Shown here: positions 24,721 through 38,946 of the stretch, piece by piece
Layout: each line of letters starts with the position of its first letter
Numbering within the stretch: the first letter of the stretch is position 1
Origin: Camelus ferus
Lineage: Eukaryota
DNA: 64,000 nt
Direction: 5' to 3'
Assembly: GCF_009834535.1 (NCBI RefSeq)
Contig: NC_045697.1
Span: 64,792,001 to 64,856,000 of the forward strand
Notes under the pieces: model-generated
Told to the model about the DNA's origin: nothing
What the model saw: the letters and a program-made list of their open reading frames with translations, nothing else
The model's database searches: none
Program-made: the position numbers and the translations under genes

Positions 24721-27442
24721 TGTTTTCTGTTTGAGTTCAACGATCTTTATTTTCTGTCTTCTGTGAGGTCACCTTTGGGTGGATATTTACCTCAAATAAG
24801 CGTCACACTTTTCTGGAGACAGCCAACTGTTTATCAGTCATCTTCAGAGCTCCACAAATTCCTCTCCTCTCTATTCATTGGGCCCAAGACTGGTCACTTT
24901 CTCACTGCTACTACCTCTAAATTCTTGTACTATCCCTCATTTTTCAGCTACATCCTGCCCATACCTGTGTAATTCATGCATTTGAAAAATCCTCAAATTA
25001 TCCTATTTTGACTTTGCCATTATTTCCTATTGAGATTTTTAGCTGGTGTCATTATTAACTACTACACTTAACTGCCTATGTGGAAAAGCTTATCTTAGCT
25101 GAATCTTAGTGAGTTGATGACCTGTCCAATCTAATCAGGAAGTGCTGCTGTCTGTTGGGATGTATTCTTCAGACTAACGCATGCATTTTATATTACAAAA
25201 CTTAGAATGAATGCTTCACACAGACTTTTAACTTCTGTCTTTTACAAGATGAAATCTTCATGTCTGTTGGTATTTTAACAGTGCAGCAAAAGCTGCCTTG
25301 ATGTTAGAGATGCTGAGAAGCAGCATCTGTCCAGGAAGGTACAAGGTCTGACCAGAAACAGGAGTCATCTCCAAGTGGCCACACCACAGCATAGTTGAGT
25401 GGCTGCTATGGAAGAAAACATGATTCTTTTTACTTAAAATAATGTGACAGATGAAATGAACTTGTTGAAAACTTATGTTCCAGTTACATATTTTAAATAT
25501 CTCCTTTTGAAAATCCTCTACTTTAAGGAAGTTGATGAATCGCTTGTTCAAGAATTCTTGAATATTTTGCTCCATTTTGTATGGCAAAAGTTTTCTCATA
25601 TCTCTCTTTTATTCTATTCTTTGTAGGAGTGCTTTATTATACAAACTAGATTCCTTATTAAGTTGCTACAGGGAAGAAAAAAAACATACTATTGTTGAAC
25701 AAATTGCACAGCCAACATTTTTTTGTTACATAGTAACTTATAAAGAGTAATAAGTAGAAACTGACAAGTTACAAAAGAACTGTTTTGCATTTTATATCTT
25801 TTTATTTCCAAGACCCATAGTTTAATAGATCCTAATGAACAGCAAATGGCCAAACAGCAGGCTGCAGAGCAAGAGGAAACATAGGAAAGGCCCACAAAAG
25901 CATGACCAACATTACAAGATCCTTTATTCCTTCCTTCATTCAATATTATTCAGCATCTCCATTATAAGAAAGTAAGGTAGAATTAGTGAAGAATGTAGAG
26001 GTACCTTAGGAGCACTCTGCATATTGAAGGGGCTTTAAACCACTATGGAAGAATAAATATATATGCATAGATAATATAATTACTAGGCAGTAGTTTAATG
26101 AGAAACAAAATACAGAGTTCAGTAGAAAATGAGATGATTTACAACCTAGGGATGGTGAGTTAAGGAAAAAGATAAACAAGAAATAAAGGGGAAAAATAGT
26201 AGCCATGCTTTCTGCCCTGAAAGTAGAAAAGATCTAATCAAAGAAGCAGCCATGTTCAAAAATACATCTTTATGACTGTGAAAAATGTGATCTGGGGGTG
26301 GAGCTGGACTGAGAACAGAAGTATCAGGCCACATGGACAGGAAGGTGATTTTTCTGTCAAGGTCTTTATCCTGTTCCCAGCTTCGAGATCACATCTTTCC
26401 GAAACCAGTGGTAGGGCAGTGAACTCAGCATGGAGAAAATCATGATTCAGCAAGGAAAATTAAGCATGATTAAAGACATTAATAATGGCATCAGCCTTCA
26501 TATAGCAAAGTCTTAGTTTTTTTTTTTTTTTTTATTGTGGCAAAAGTACTGAAAATGGTTTGAGCTCAAAGATGCTGCTTCAAAGGCACAATGCCTCCAC
26601 TGTATTTTAAGAACAAGTGATATTTTAAAAATAATTATTCCATATTTACAGCACAGTAATTGCTTTTCACATTAAAGAAAGAGATAAGCCCCCAAGTTTT
26701 ATAATATAAAAGTGTTACGCATATGCATTAACTAATGCTCTCAAAGGATTTTTACTGCGTATTTGGCATTGTCTGCTATATAACTCAGTGTCATGGCAGT
26801 GTGCTGTTACATGAAAACATGGATTGTTTCCTAACTGAGTTGGACAGAAGTAGGTAAAGAGTAATGAGATCCTGTTTTGGAATTCTTTTATATGCATAGT
26901 CTGTGATTACTATCTTTTCTTTTACTTAAAGTGAGATAGTTAATGTTTTTAAATTAAAAGCATTTTTTAATTGATCAGATTATCAAAGTAGTGAATAAAG
27001 CTTGTTTATTTGAATAAAAAATGCTCTGTAATCTGTGAAAATTATCATCCATTGTTTGCTAGTTATTGATTCACTTCTTATTCCATCCAAATAGATATTA
27101 TTAACAGCTTATAATTTGCAAAATACTGTAATAATTAGTGAAAGAGATAAGAAGATGCATCACTGTGGTTTCTAGCTTCAAGTATTTTATGTTTAGCATG
27201 ATACAATGAACAATAAATTATAAAGTTCTCAGTAGCAGTAAAATGAGTTGTTCTGGGATTTCTAGGAGTACTGACCTTAATTCTGTACTTCTACCTCCTT
27301 CCTCACACACAGCTGGAAATACTTATTTGTTCCCTGAATATTCAGTGTAAACCCAGTATTTAGTACTAAATATAACAGTATATTTGAAGTATTTTGGCAT
27401 CATCTCAGCTTTGTTACCAACCTTGCTATGCTGCTAATCTAT

Positions 27443-27780
27443 GTTCATTCACTCAATTAATTAAATATTTGTTGAGTGTCTGCTCTGAGCTAGGAATTAA
27501 TCTAGGAACTTATGGTATAGCAGTGAAAACAAATTTCCTGCTCTCTTGGGATGTATATTCTTGTTGAGGGTGCTACAAATAATATATAAAATTTCAAGTT
27601 GAAGGGCTGGTATGAAAAATAAAAAATGCAGCAGCATCAGAGGGATGGAGATGATGACATTGGGGGTGTCATTTTAAATAGAACAGTCAGGAAAAGAACT
27701 TTCTGAGACAATGGCTTTTGAGCAGAGATCAGAAAGATGAAAGGGAGCAGATGATGTGAACATCTGGGGATGGCAGGGTG
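27443..27780 (-). mobile_element. L2 3' end
   Basis: ttcattcactcaatt..aaatatttgttgagtgtctg (antisense L2 tail), followed by cagtcaggaaaagaactttctgag and tttgagcagagatcagaaagatga. Confidence 0.75.
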
Positions 27781-28229
27781 TGCAAAAATTTTGGTTAAGT
27801 GTATTAGCAACTTGAATTCTCCTGTCTTCTCAGGACCACATTAATACCAGGTTTCCATTAATTGTGGATCTGTTTTATTTTCATGACCTGCAATTATCTG
27901 GTCAGTACCTGTAGTCACTTATATCTTCAGACCCTACCTTTCTTTTATAGATTTATTTTGTAAATTGAAGTCCTTTATTTGAACTTCAGCCCTAGGATTA
28001 ATGTCCAGCCACTCATTTCCACACGCTACAGATGCAGCCTGTCTGACTTTCTCACTGTGTGTAGAAACCCTGTCATTGGAGTCAGGGTACTTGCTAGTTA
28101 CTTAAGATTAATCTCTTTACTATCAGCAGTTTCTGTGTATTATTTATATTATCTGTTGCCATAATTTGAGTAAATTCTTCTCATCTGCTGTATTAAACTG
28201 TTCAAAATAGATTTTTCTCCTCTTCCACA

Positions 28230-28630
28230 GTAGCAGTTTTAGCAGGATCCATGCTCCCCCCACACCCCTCAAGTAGCACATTTCCATGTTTTCTTTACAG
28301 TGATATTGAAGGCCAATAGAATGTGAGTAGAAGTATGGGCAAGTTACAAGTCATTTCCAACTTAAAGGCAAGCTACTTGCTCTAGACTAACACTTCTCCC
28401 CTTTCAGTGAGCTGGAATACTGCTATGGCTGTGACCTAGCTTTGACTATGCACGAAAGGACAACACCTAGAGGGTTTCAGAGCAATGAGATAGAAGGAAC
28501 ATGGCTCTCCTGAGAGGCAGAACTGCCCTGGGTGGACTGCTATATATGAGAGAAATCCTAGATCTTATTTAAAACCCACCCTTTTTGGGTCATCACTGTT
28601 CTAGTAGATTAAACCTTAGCTTAACAATTG
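28230..28630 (+). mobile_element. Old MaLR LTR (MLT1J-like)
   Basis: ggccaatagaatgtgagtagaagt, agatagaaggaacatggctc, tgagagaaat...tcttatttaaa motifs. Confidence 0.6.
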
Positions 28631-28824
28631 TATATACCTCTCAAACATTTTACTGTAAGAAATAGATATCCCTCCACTCCTGCTAGCCAGTGAGGATATC
28701 CAATTTTGACGACCCAGATACTCCACTTCTGTTTTTTCCCATCACAGTTGTGCTTATCTTCCTTTTTTGCTGCTGCTACATCTACTGCTGCTTCTCCTCA
28801 TCCTCTTCCTTCTCCTCTTCCAAC

Positions 28825-31360
28825 AGATGCATTGAGGAATAGTTTACATACCATAAAATCCATCTACTTTAAAAGACAGTTCAATTATTAGTAGTAAATT
28901 TACAAAGTTGTGCAACCATCACCAGAATCCAGAATTTAGAACATTTTCACCAGTAAAATCCCTCATGCCCATTTACAATCAGTCAGTCCCCATTCCCACA
29001 TCACCTTTAGCCAGTTACAGATTTCTTTCTACAGATTTACCACTTCTGAGCATTTCATACATGTGGAATTAGACAATATGTAGTCTTTTGTGTCTGGCAT
29101 CTTTCACTTAGAATGAACATTTGATGTTCATCCATGTTGTAGTGTATATCAAGAATATGTTTCTTCTAATGATGAATAGTATTCCATTGTAGTAGTAGAT
29201 CACATTTGGTTTTTCCATTCAAAAGTTGAGACTTTGTTTCTGTTTTTTGATTATTATGAAAAATGCTGCTGCAGATATTTATGTAAAAGTCATTGTGTGG
29301 ACATACATATTTCATTTTGTATCCTAATCTACTTAGGCTGCTGTAACAAAATACCACGGGCTAGGTACCTTGAACAACAGAAATTTGTTTTTTCACAGTT
29401 CTGGGCACCAAGATAAAGGTTCCAGTAGGTTTGGTGTCTGGTGAGAGTTCTCTTGGGTTGCTGCTTTCTTGCTGTGTGCTCACAAGACCTTTTCTTTGTA
29501 TGTTCATGGACAGAGAAAAAGAGCAAGATCTTTGTTGCCTCTTCTTATAAGGACACTAATCCTTTCAGATCAGGCCCTACCCTTATGGCCTCTTTTACTT
29601 TAATTACATCCTTAGGGACCCTCTCTCAAAATGCAGCGGCACTGAGGGTTGAAGGCTTCAACACCCAGATTTTGGAGGGATATGTACATTCAGTTCATAA
29701 TATTTTTCTTGAGTAGCTAGGTATCTTAGAAGGGATTTGCTTGGTCATTTGGTAAATTAATGTTTAATTTCTTAAGTTATTGCACAACTGTTTCCCAGAT
29801 TGAGTGCAGTTTTACATTCCCACTAGCAAAATATAAGGAGTCCTGGTTCTTCACATTCTTGTCAATTTTGTGAAACATATGAAGTGATACTTAATTAAGG
29901 TTTTAATTTATATTTCCGTAATGATTAATGATACTCTTTTCCTGTGCTTATTGGTCATCTGTATATTTTCTTTGATAAAATATTTGTCCAAATCTTATAT
30001 GTATTTTAATTAGATTCTTCAACTTATTATTTAATTTTAAATATTCTTTATATATACTTCATAAAATTATTTTATCAGATATGTATTTTGCAAGTATTTC
30101 TTTCAGTCTTTTTTCCCTAGTTTTCTTAATGATGCTTTTTGAAGTGCAGATTATAATTTATTCAAGTTCAGTTTGTAAATATTTTAAAGTATCTTGCTTT
30201 TGGCCATGTATCTAAGAATTCTCTGAGTAATTCAAGATCATTATGATTTTTCCTGTTGTCTTCTTAAAATTTTACATATTTATATTTAGGGGCTGTTTGT
30301 ATTTGAATGTGGTATGAGGCAGTATTTTGGCATGTGAAAATACAATTTGCCTACTACTCTTTCTTAAAAAGATTATCCTGTCCCTCATTGAATAGCCTTA
30401 GCACCTTTGTTGAAAATCAGTTGACCATCAATATTGGGCTTTTTCTGAACCTTCAATCCTGTTCAGTCCTAATTGTCTATATGCTTATCTTTATGCCAGT
30501 AGTAAGTTGTAGATTTACAGTAAGTTTTGAAATCCAGTAGATTCTCTTATCCTCTTTTTTCAAACTTATATTTGACTGCTCTATCTTTCCCATTTTTATA
30601 TAACTGTTAGAATCTGCTTTTAATTTCTTCAGAACAGTTTTCTGGGAAATTGACAAGGATCATGTTGAATTTATAGGTCAATTTGAAAAAAAACTGTTGT
30701 CCTAACAATACTGAGTATTGTGTTTCATAAACATAGAATATATCTCAATTTATTTAGAACAGTATTATTTTAATATAATAATGTATCATGTATTATATAG
30801 TAGATAAATTGTAAAATTTATAATAATCAATAGTCATTATTATTTTAATGATTTTTTTTGGCTTTTACTATACAGGACTTACACTTTTAATTTGATCCTT
30901 AGGATTTTATTCAGTTTGGTGTTACTGTGAATGAATCATTTCATGAAATTTTTCAGATTGTTCTTGCTAATATATAAAAATAATTTGTGTGTATATATAT
31001 GTATGTATATATATAGATGTCATCACTTGTGACCTTGATGAAATCAGTAGTTTGTTCTAGAATATTTTGTGCATCTCTTAGGATTTTCTACAAACAGGAT
31101 CGTATTATCCGAAGAATTTTATTCCTTCCTTTCTAATCTGGGTGTATTGTATTGTATTGTATTTATTTATTTATTTACTTATTTATTTATTCTCCTAATT
31201 GTACTGTTTAAAACCTCTAGTACAATGCTTAATATAACTTTGAGGCAAGGGAAACTTCTCTGTTTCCAATCTTAGATGGAAAACATTTAGTCATTGAAAT
31301 TTGAGTGTGAGTTAGCAGTATATCTTCCTTGCAAGCCCTTTATCATGTTGAGGAAATTTA
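28825..31360 (-). mobile_element. Old L1M (L1MD/ME-like) 3' portion, antisense, interrupted by a MaLR LTR
   Basis: ttgtgcaaccatcacca, tgtagtcttttgtgtctggcatctttcacttag, ttttacattcccactagcaa, ttgttgaaaatcagttgacca, aaacctctagtacaatgcttaa. Confidence 0.85.
29318..29702 (-). mobile_element. MaLR LTR (MLT1A/B-like) nested in L1
   Basis: aggctgctgtaacaaaatacca ... aacaacagaaattt ... cacagttctgg ... tcttcttataaggacactaatcc ... cattcagttcataa. L1 sequence is collinear on both sides. Confidence 0.85.
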
Positions 31361-31744
31361 TGGGATTAATGGGAGTTTATCAAGGTCTATTATGACTCTC
31401 TTATTCCCCAGATGATCTTGTTACATTTTTAGCTAGTCTTCTGGTGTGTTGCTTGATCAAACTTGTATTGTAACTTCAAGCTTGCTAAGATGTTGATCTT
31501 TCTTGATTGTTTGATACCAAGATTGTTAACATTTTCTATAATGCCTCTGAGTATGATTTTTTCCCCACATACCATTTTGAATCAAATTCTCACTGCCTGG
31601 AATGGAAGCTGTTGGTTTTCATATCCTTCCTCACCTACTAGAACTACCTTCTAATAGAATTGAGGAGTGAGGTTGGGGATGAGGCTAAAATGCCACAGCC
31701 TCACTCTTCTATGTAATGTTCAGTCGTGCGGGCTGGCTTGCTTG

Positions 31745-31753
31745 TTCGTTCGT

Positions 31754-31797
<44 letters not shown>

Positions 31798-31833
31798 TTT
31801 TCTTTCTTTGTTTCTTTCTTTCTTTGTTTCTTT
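31745..31833. repeat. (TTTC)n microsatellite
   Basis: Directly visible. Confidence 0.95.
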
Positions 31834-32504
31834 CATAAGTGATTTTTAATTCGTTATATGCCTTTTGTCAGGTTTATAAGTGAGAATTTTTTTGGCCGAT
31901 TTCATTCAGTTTTATTACTTTCTTTTGGAGATTTGTTGAGTTCAACACTTTGTCATTTATGAAGTTTCACATCCTCCCCCACTTTTTTATAGTATAGAAC
32001 AACCAACAGTTAGTTTCCCTTGAACCTTGTCTATTTTAGGGACCAGATAAGATTGGCATGGTTGATTGAAATAAGGAAATAATAGGTTTTGAATATCAAA
32101 CTAAGGTTTCTGAATTTAATATCTTAGGAAATAGCAAAGAAAGAGAGGGTTTGTTCCTTATCCAGAGTCCACTTTTCTGATACTCTTCTCTCCTTCTGAA
32201 CTACCCTAATAAATGTCATGTACTACCTACCTACCATTCATAGTTTAGCCAAAATTTATATATACACACACTTTAGAAAACAGAAAACAGCATCCTACAA
32301 TATAAGTTATAGATTAGATTAGAGGTCAAGAAACTAAAATTAGGGAAACTGGTTGGGAATCTGTTGAAATTGTCCAAATGGGAGGTAGTGAGTTCCCAGA
32401 CTAGGATAGCTATCCTAGCTTTTTACCTTTAGAACTAGACAGATACAAAGTTAAGAGATGTAAGAAGCATAAAATGAAAGGCATATGTAGAGTAAGTGTA
32501 AATA

Positions 32505-32690
32505 GTAGCGAACACTTACTGAATTCTTACTGTGAAAGGCATAGTTACATGGGTTTTGCATAAATTATTTACTCAGTCCTCACAGAGGTGTTTATATGTA
32601 TTAGGAAACTAAGGATGTGAGGTTAGTCAACTTAACCAAAATTAAGTAGCTAATATATGTCAGGGTTGGAATTTTAACCCCTGTCTGAAT
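32505..32690 (-). mobile_element. MIR fragment within degraded L2-like sequence (~32320-33150)
   Basis: aacacttactgaattcttactgtg ... ttaggaaactaagg ... gtcagggttggaattttaaccc. Confidence 0.65.
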
Positions 32691-35519
32691 ATAGGTATCA
32701 GGATATAACTGAAACAGTGAAACTGGGGTTCTATAGAGAAAGGATAGAGCAGAGATTCAAATTGTCTGGAGGTAAAAGTTGAAGCTGATGTTGGATGAGA
32801 TTGCCAACGATGGATATAGTAGAAGAGAGAACCCTATTGATATATGATGGCAAATACTTATATTTTGTGAAAAAAGGAAATAAAGAAAGAGCACATTTGA
32901 AATTAAGAGAGGAAGCAGTGGAGATCATTATCCCTGAGGAGAAAATCCTTCTTTTGGGGGTGGTTATGATAACTGTCATTGAATATTCTTTGGATGTTAG
33001 CTGTACCAAGTTCATGGATTCTAGACATGAAGGACCCACTGATTAAATTGCAGAGAGAAATTTTCTTTATACTGTTACTGGTGTTAATGGAAGACCAGTA
33101 CAAACAGTAAGGAGTGAGTGGATGGGAAGGACTGAGTAACACCAGTAGTCTTTCTTCAGTGTTTGGAGGGGAAATTATATGTATGAGAATAGCTAGAGTT
33201 TAGTGAAACATTAAACATGTGGGGGTATTTTTGAATTGAGTAGAAAAAATCTTGAGGGGAGGAAAAAAAATTTTAATAGCAGTTTGGTTTAGAAAGATGT
33301 TAAAAAGAAAGATTTGGTAAATACTGGACTATTGAGCTAAAGAAAAAATCATTTTGTTGATACAGAGAAGGAAAGTTGAGGGAATTCATGGGAAGTGGTT
33401 ATAATCATCTCAGTAATACTTAAGGCAGTGGAACACTGAGGAGTTGCAGTGGAGAGTGGAAAAGGTTTGGAAATGCTGCTGGGGAAAGACATTTAGGGGT
33501 GATTGAAAATATTTCTGAGTCACAGTAGGAATCAACCTGAGATTTCATACAGAGAATCTATAAGAGGTTATATAAGACACTTTCATAATATTCTCCAGCA
33601 ATATTCAGAAACTGTCAACGTAACTAAGGTCACAATTTTCGGTATAAATATGGTTTTATCTATATTCATGATTAGGTAATATTTTCAAGAATTTCTTACA
33701 ATCATAAGAAGTCTCGTAAGTGAATGGCCATTAGAAAGGGAAAATAATTTCTCTTGGAATTTCTGCTATTTCCACATTCTCCTTGTTTCTGTTAAGTCTA
33801 TGTGTGAATATCTGAGAAGATAACGTTCCTATAAAAGAGAGTGGTAAGAATGAGAAACAAAGTAAGTTTAAAAATTTTGCTGCAATTCTATTTTTCCTTT
33901 GATATTTTTACAGAGTTTATTTGTTCACAGTGACCACCAATCTCTTTCAAAAGAGAAAATTTCCTAAGAATGTTTAAGAGGCTTCCATTATCCCGTGGTA
34001 ATTTGTAGAGTATATTATTTAGCTCTTGGTTCTGGACAGTCATCCTCATCACCTAAAGTGGTGTAGCAGAAAGTGAGTCAAAAGCACTAATCTTATTCCT
34101 GTCTGGCTCTTAAGCAGTTTCCCTGAGTAAATATTCCTGAATTGTAAAATGAGGATAAAAAAGTACCTAAATGATTTCACAGTTTACTGTGAGATTCCAA
34201 TAGGTGATGGGTTAGAAAGTCTATATCATCTGTTAAGTCATGGCATTCATTATTAAATCTTACAATCATCAATCAGCATGCAGGCCTGTGCTAGCCAGGA
34301 ACTGAAGTTTCTGTTTAAACAAAGTTCAGCACCATTGAGAAGCTTTAGAAGATGAAAAATTTGTTTTCTAAGTTAATATTTAAATAAGCTATAAAGTGAT
34401 CTGTGAGAAGCTAATACAATTCTGAAGATATTAGGCTGATTTTTTTCGAAAGAAAGTTATTTTGTAGAACTTCAATTTATTGAACATGCATTAATTGATA
34501 CGCATTGAAGCAATATGTTTAATTATTATATTAAATATCTTATTTTCTTTATATAACTAGAATATGCTATAATAACACCTGAATAATAAATAAACTCTAA
34601 ATATATATATGACCTGTTTATCCTCAATCTAAACTGTGCAACACAAGAATAAATAGGCACTCCAGAAAAAAATAAATTTTTATTTTCTCTGACCTGGATA
34701 ATAAAAGAGACTCCTACAACTTACATGAAACATAGCTATATTATTTACTTAGTTATTAAATTAAGAAAACTGTCTGTAAACATGCAGCTAAATCCTGGAA
34801 ATATAAAGATCTCCATCTATGATCATCCTTGCCCTGAGATTTTATTCCAGGGGAATAAAATGTGCACATTTTAGTAGTCAGTGATGGTAGTGGCATGTGT
34901 TTATATAAAATTAGTTTGAAGAAGAACTTGATTCTGTTCTTGCAAGCAAGATTTTTTTCATTCTGCTATGATTATCCTGGAGCAATTACCATAGTAAATG
35001 CTGTGGCACCACTAACACCCACTGTCATATTCCTTCTGTTTATGTGAAAGGTGGCACCATTGAGTTGGAACTCAATTTTTTCCATGAATGTATTATTAAA
35101 AATAATTTATTTATGAACATAACTGAGATTTTATAACAAATTTGAAGATTATAGTTTTTGCCAGTTGTTTCAAAACAAATTGGCTAAAAGGATTAGGGAG
35201 GATAATTAAGGGAGAATAAATGTTTAAGAAAGTTTTGATCAGAATTATATAACCTAATGTTTGCATATATTTTGATTATCTTTTATTTGTTTAGACCTAT
35301 GTCCCCACAAAATTACACTAAATATGGAGCTTCACCATCATATTAAAAAAGAGAGCCATGTGATATGGCATATATTTGTGGTTAGTTTTGGAAAACAAGT
35401 TATTTTTGAGCCATCTCCATCTATGACAAAGTCCCAGATTTAACACTTTTAATTAAAATAAATATTGTGGCTCATACATTAACAATTCTTAGATTCTACA
35501 AAGACACAGGCTCAGCTCC

Positions 35520-35760
35520 AATTCTTAAGACTGGTCATGAACAGTGAGATCAGATCCTAGTTATGTCACATTCTTTACTAGCTCTGAAACTATAGATGTT
35601 AACCCTCTGTATAAACCTCAGTCTCCCCATCTGTAAAATTAATAAAGTAATAATAGGCATAGCTATTTAAAATGTAGTATTTAAGAGAAAGTTTTTATAA
35701 AAATTAGAAAAAATTCATAAAAGCAAATGGCGTATAATAGACACTTAGTAACCAGTAGCT
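35520..35760 (+). mobile_element. MIR fragment
   Basis: cctcagtctccccatctgtaaaat core, with a 3' part ending tagacacttagtaa. Confidence 0.7.
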
Positions 35761-35784
35761 ATGAAAAATCATCATTTATCCATC

Positions 35785-36125
35785 ATTTATCATCATAATT
35801 ATGACTTCAGGTACTGAAAATAAATGAGCCTATGCACAAATGACCATAAAGTAATAATAGTAAGTTTTTTATATTGTAGTTAATAAGGCATTGTTTCAGA
35901 GCTTTAACATTTCTCCTAAAGGGAAGCTTATTCTGTAGAGAGAAACAAACTCATATTCATCATCGTATTTCTGACTTGAACTAAAATAAATGAACCCCTG
36001 CACAGATGACCATAAAGTAATAATAAATTGCCAGGTCTTTTTCTCTTGTAGTTAACAGAGCAATGTTTCAGAGCTTTAGAGTTTCTCCTAAAGAAAGGAT
36101 TACTATCTGTAGAGAAGCAAATTAA
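35785..36125. repeat. Diverged two-copy tandem duplication, unit ~165-175 bp
   Basis: The blocks aaaataaatga, tgcaca, atgaccataaagtaataata, ttgtagttaa, tgtttcagagcttta, tttctcctaaag and tctgtagaga occur twice in the same order. Confidence 0.9.
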
Positions 36126-36409
36126 TTCACCTGACTGTATGAGATTTTTCAAGGTATACTGACATCTAGATCGCTTTTGAAATTACTTTAATGCCCAGAG
36201 ATTGTCAGTCTACAACCCCTTCTCTCAGCACCCACATGTACACACATAGAACACATGTCTAGTAAAGCTACTTCATAGATTTTTCTGTGGAGCAGCATTG
36301 ACTGTGATATTCTGAACTTCAGAATATATTTTAGACAAATTGTATTTTCTCTGTAAAATTCTATATGGTAGCAGCAACATCAGCAAATCAGCAGAATCAC
36401 CACATAAAC

Positions 36410-36650
36410 TAACATTAAGTAAAAACCTTATTGTGTACAAGGTCCTATTTGGCATTCTTCATGCATTTTAACTCATTTAATCTTGACAGTTCTATGAAGT
36501 AGTAGTATAATTATTCAGATTTCGCACAGGAAACTTAATTCATGCAGAGGTAGAATAAAGTAACAAAATCTGTGTATGCATTATTAGGTATAAGATGGGA
36601 TTTGAACTCAGGCAATCTGACCACAGAACCCTAGTCATAACAGCATGCAA
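36410..36650 (-). mobile_element. MIR fragment
   Basis: actcatttaatcttgacagttctatgaagtag ... gatgggatttgaactcaggcaatctgac. Confidence 0.75.
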
Positions 36651-37039
36651 TAAATGACCTTCCATAGTTTATTGCCTATTTTTCAACTCATAATATTAAC
36701 AACTATTAATCCACCTTGTTACGGTCAAATAAAAGAGTAGTGTAAGATTCTGTTATGATCCATGGCCGAGAGTGATTGGGGTTATTAGCATATTGTTTCT
36801 TTGGATTGAAAAATTTATGACAGCCAAACATTTCTTGATGGAAAGCTCATGCTGAATATCTACTCAAAATATTTTTAAAAATGTATTTTGAGGTCTAGGT
36901 TAGCTATCATAAAGTCATATGAGATAATAACATATTTAAACTTTCTTTTCAGTTTCTTTTAATAAATGTGTTTTGCAACAAGGCCATTATGACTCCTTTC
37001 TGTATTTTCAACATCAGGAGACAAAAAAGATTAAAATAT

Positions 37040-37445
37040 CTCAATACTCAAGACAGACTGGGAGGAATTATTTGCAAAAGATACCTCTTTTAAAGGTCTG
37101 TTGTCCAAAATTAACAAACTTAACAGTAAGAAAACAATCCTCCTGAAAAATGGAACTGACATCTCTCCAAAGATATATGACTGCAAAATAAACATATGAA
37201 AAGATGCTCCACATCATGTGCCATTGGGGATGTGCAAATTTAATCCACAATGGGATACCATTCCATGCCTATTAGAATGCCAAAGTCTGGAACATTGGTG
37301 CCACCACGTGCTGGCGAGGGTGTGGAGCTGCAGGAGCTCTGATTCATTGCTGGTTGTGGGAAAAAAGTTAGGAGCTTTTTATAAACATACCTTTATCATA
37401 AAATCCAGAATTCATTCTGCTTGTTATTTACCTGAAGGAGTTGAA
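37040..37445 (+). mobile_element. Old L1 ORF2 C-terminal fragment, sense
   Basis: cagactgggaggaattatttgcaaaaga, aaacatatgaaaagatgctccacatca, cctattagaatgccaaa. Confidence 0.8.
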
Positions 37446-37534
37446 ACCATTTTTTTTTCTATTACTCATTCAATTAAATGGTTAATTTTAAATTTTATAA
37501 TGCCTTATAAATAGGATTGCCTAATAGGATAGTG

Positions 37535-37975
37535 CTATCACAGAATCTTCAACTGGAGGGTCCTTAGAATTATCTAGTTTAAATCATTAATTTCACAATT
37601 GAAGAAAATTAAGTCTAGAAGAAAGAGTGTACCAAAGATTGTGCAGGTAATTAGAGGTGTAACCAGGGACTAGAATGGGGATCTTCGAACTATTATTGCC
37701 CCTAAGAAGGTGTTTAAATTGGAATGAAGAAAACAATGTTTCAGTTCATACTGAGAGATAATAACACACCGTTGTTAAGACACAGGCTTTAATGGGAAGA
37801 AAGCCTGTGTAAAAAATCCAGCTCATCACTTACTAACTTTATGACCTTGACAAATTTTTTTGTCCCTGATTTTCTCATCTGTGAAATGGAAATATTACCT
37901 AACTTGGAGTTCTGTTGTGGTGATTAAGTTGGGTAGTAAATATAAGACATTGATAACAATGCCTAGCAAAAAGTG
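37535..37975. mobile_element. Two adjacent MIR fragments (37535-37690 minus; 37755-37975 plus)
   Basis: tttcacaattgaagaaaattaag (antisense core) and tgaccttgacaa...ttttctcatctgtgaaatggaaata (sense core). Confidence 0.65.
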
Positions 37976-38946
37976 GGTTTCTTTTCTAATATCATTTATA
38001 TATTAGAGAAACTTTTGTAAAATACAAAATAATCAGGAATAAAATAAATCATTGATAATACCCAAAAGTATTAATTATATACTTGAATATTTTTTTATTT
38101 TATCTTTCATTCTATTTACATTTTATTTTTTGTTTGTTTTAAAAAATCTAATTTGTAAAATTATGCTTAGAAATCTGATTTTGACAATGTTTAAGTCTAG
38201 ATAACTGTATTTAATTTGCTAAAAAACAACAAAAAAACTAAAAATACTGCATAAAATACTTCTTAAAATCCCCCCAAACCAACAAAGAAACCTAACACTT
38301 TAATGCATAGATGACTTTTTAAAAAAATAAGACATTCAGTTGAGTCAAGAGATTAAATCACTTGACAGATGAGGACAGTTCTTTAGTTCCCAAGATGTGA
38401 CTCGGCCTGGGGGCATCTAGAATCAGATCCTGACTGGCCTGGAAATTTGCTTGTGATAGTTTTGACACATGTATTAAAAAATTTGGCCCCATGCAGGCTT
38501 AGGAGTCTGTTCTCAGGTTGCACACTCTTGAATGCACAGAAGTTTGTTATCAAGATTGAATCAAAAAACAAAATTAAAAATAAAAAACTAAAGAGGAATA
38601 AGAGAAGAAACCTGTCTCAGCCTTGACTTCGTAAAGGGTGCAAAAGTCTCTTTAGAGAATTTATGGTCATGAAAAGACTCTCAATGTGAAAGTGAAGCCT
38701 CACTTTATGCTATTTGCATGGAACGGAGGAAAATAGGCACAGGTTAAACTTAAAATGGGCTTAACAGTTTTCAAATATTTTGCAAAAACAAATGCAAAAT
38801 TTTTCTGGAATATTACATTTTCAAACCAGGCTTTTAATGATTCGCACAGAGCAGAGACCGAATGATATAAGCACAACACATAACACAGTTAGAAAATACA
38901 TAAGAGAGCAAGAGATGATGGGCAAGAGACAATAGGTAAAAATTAT

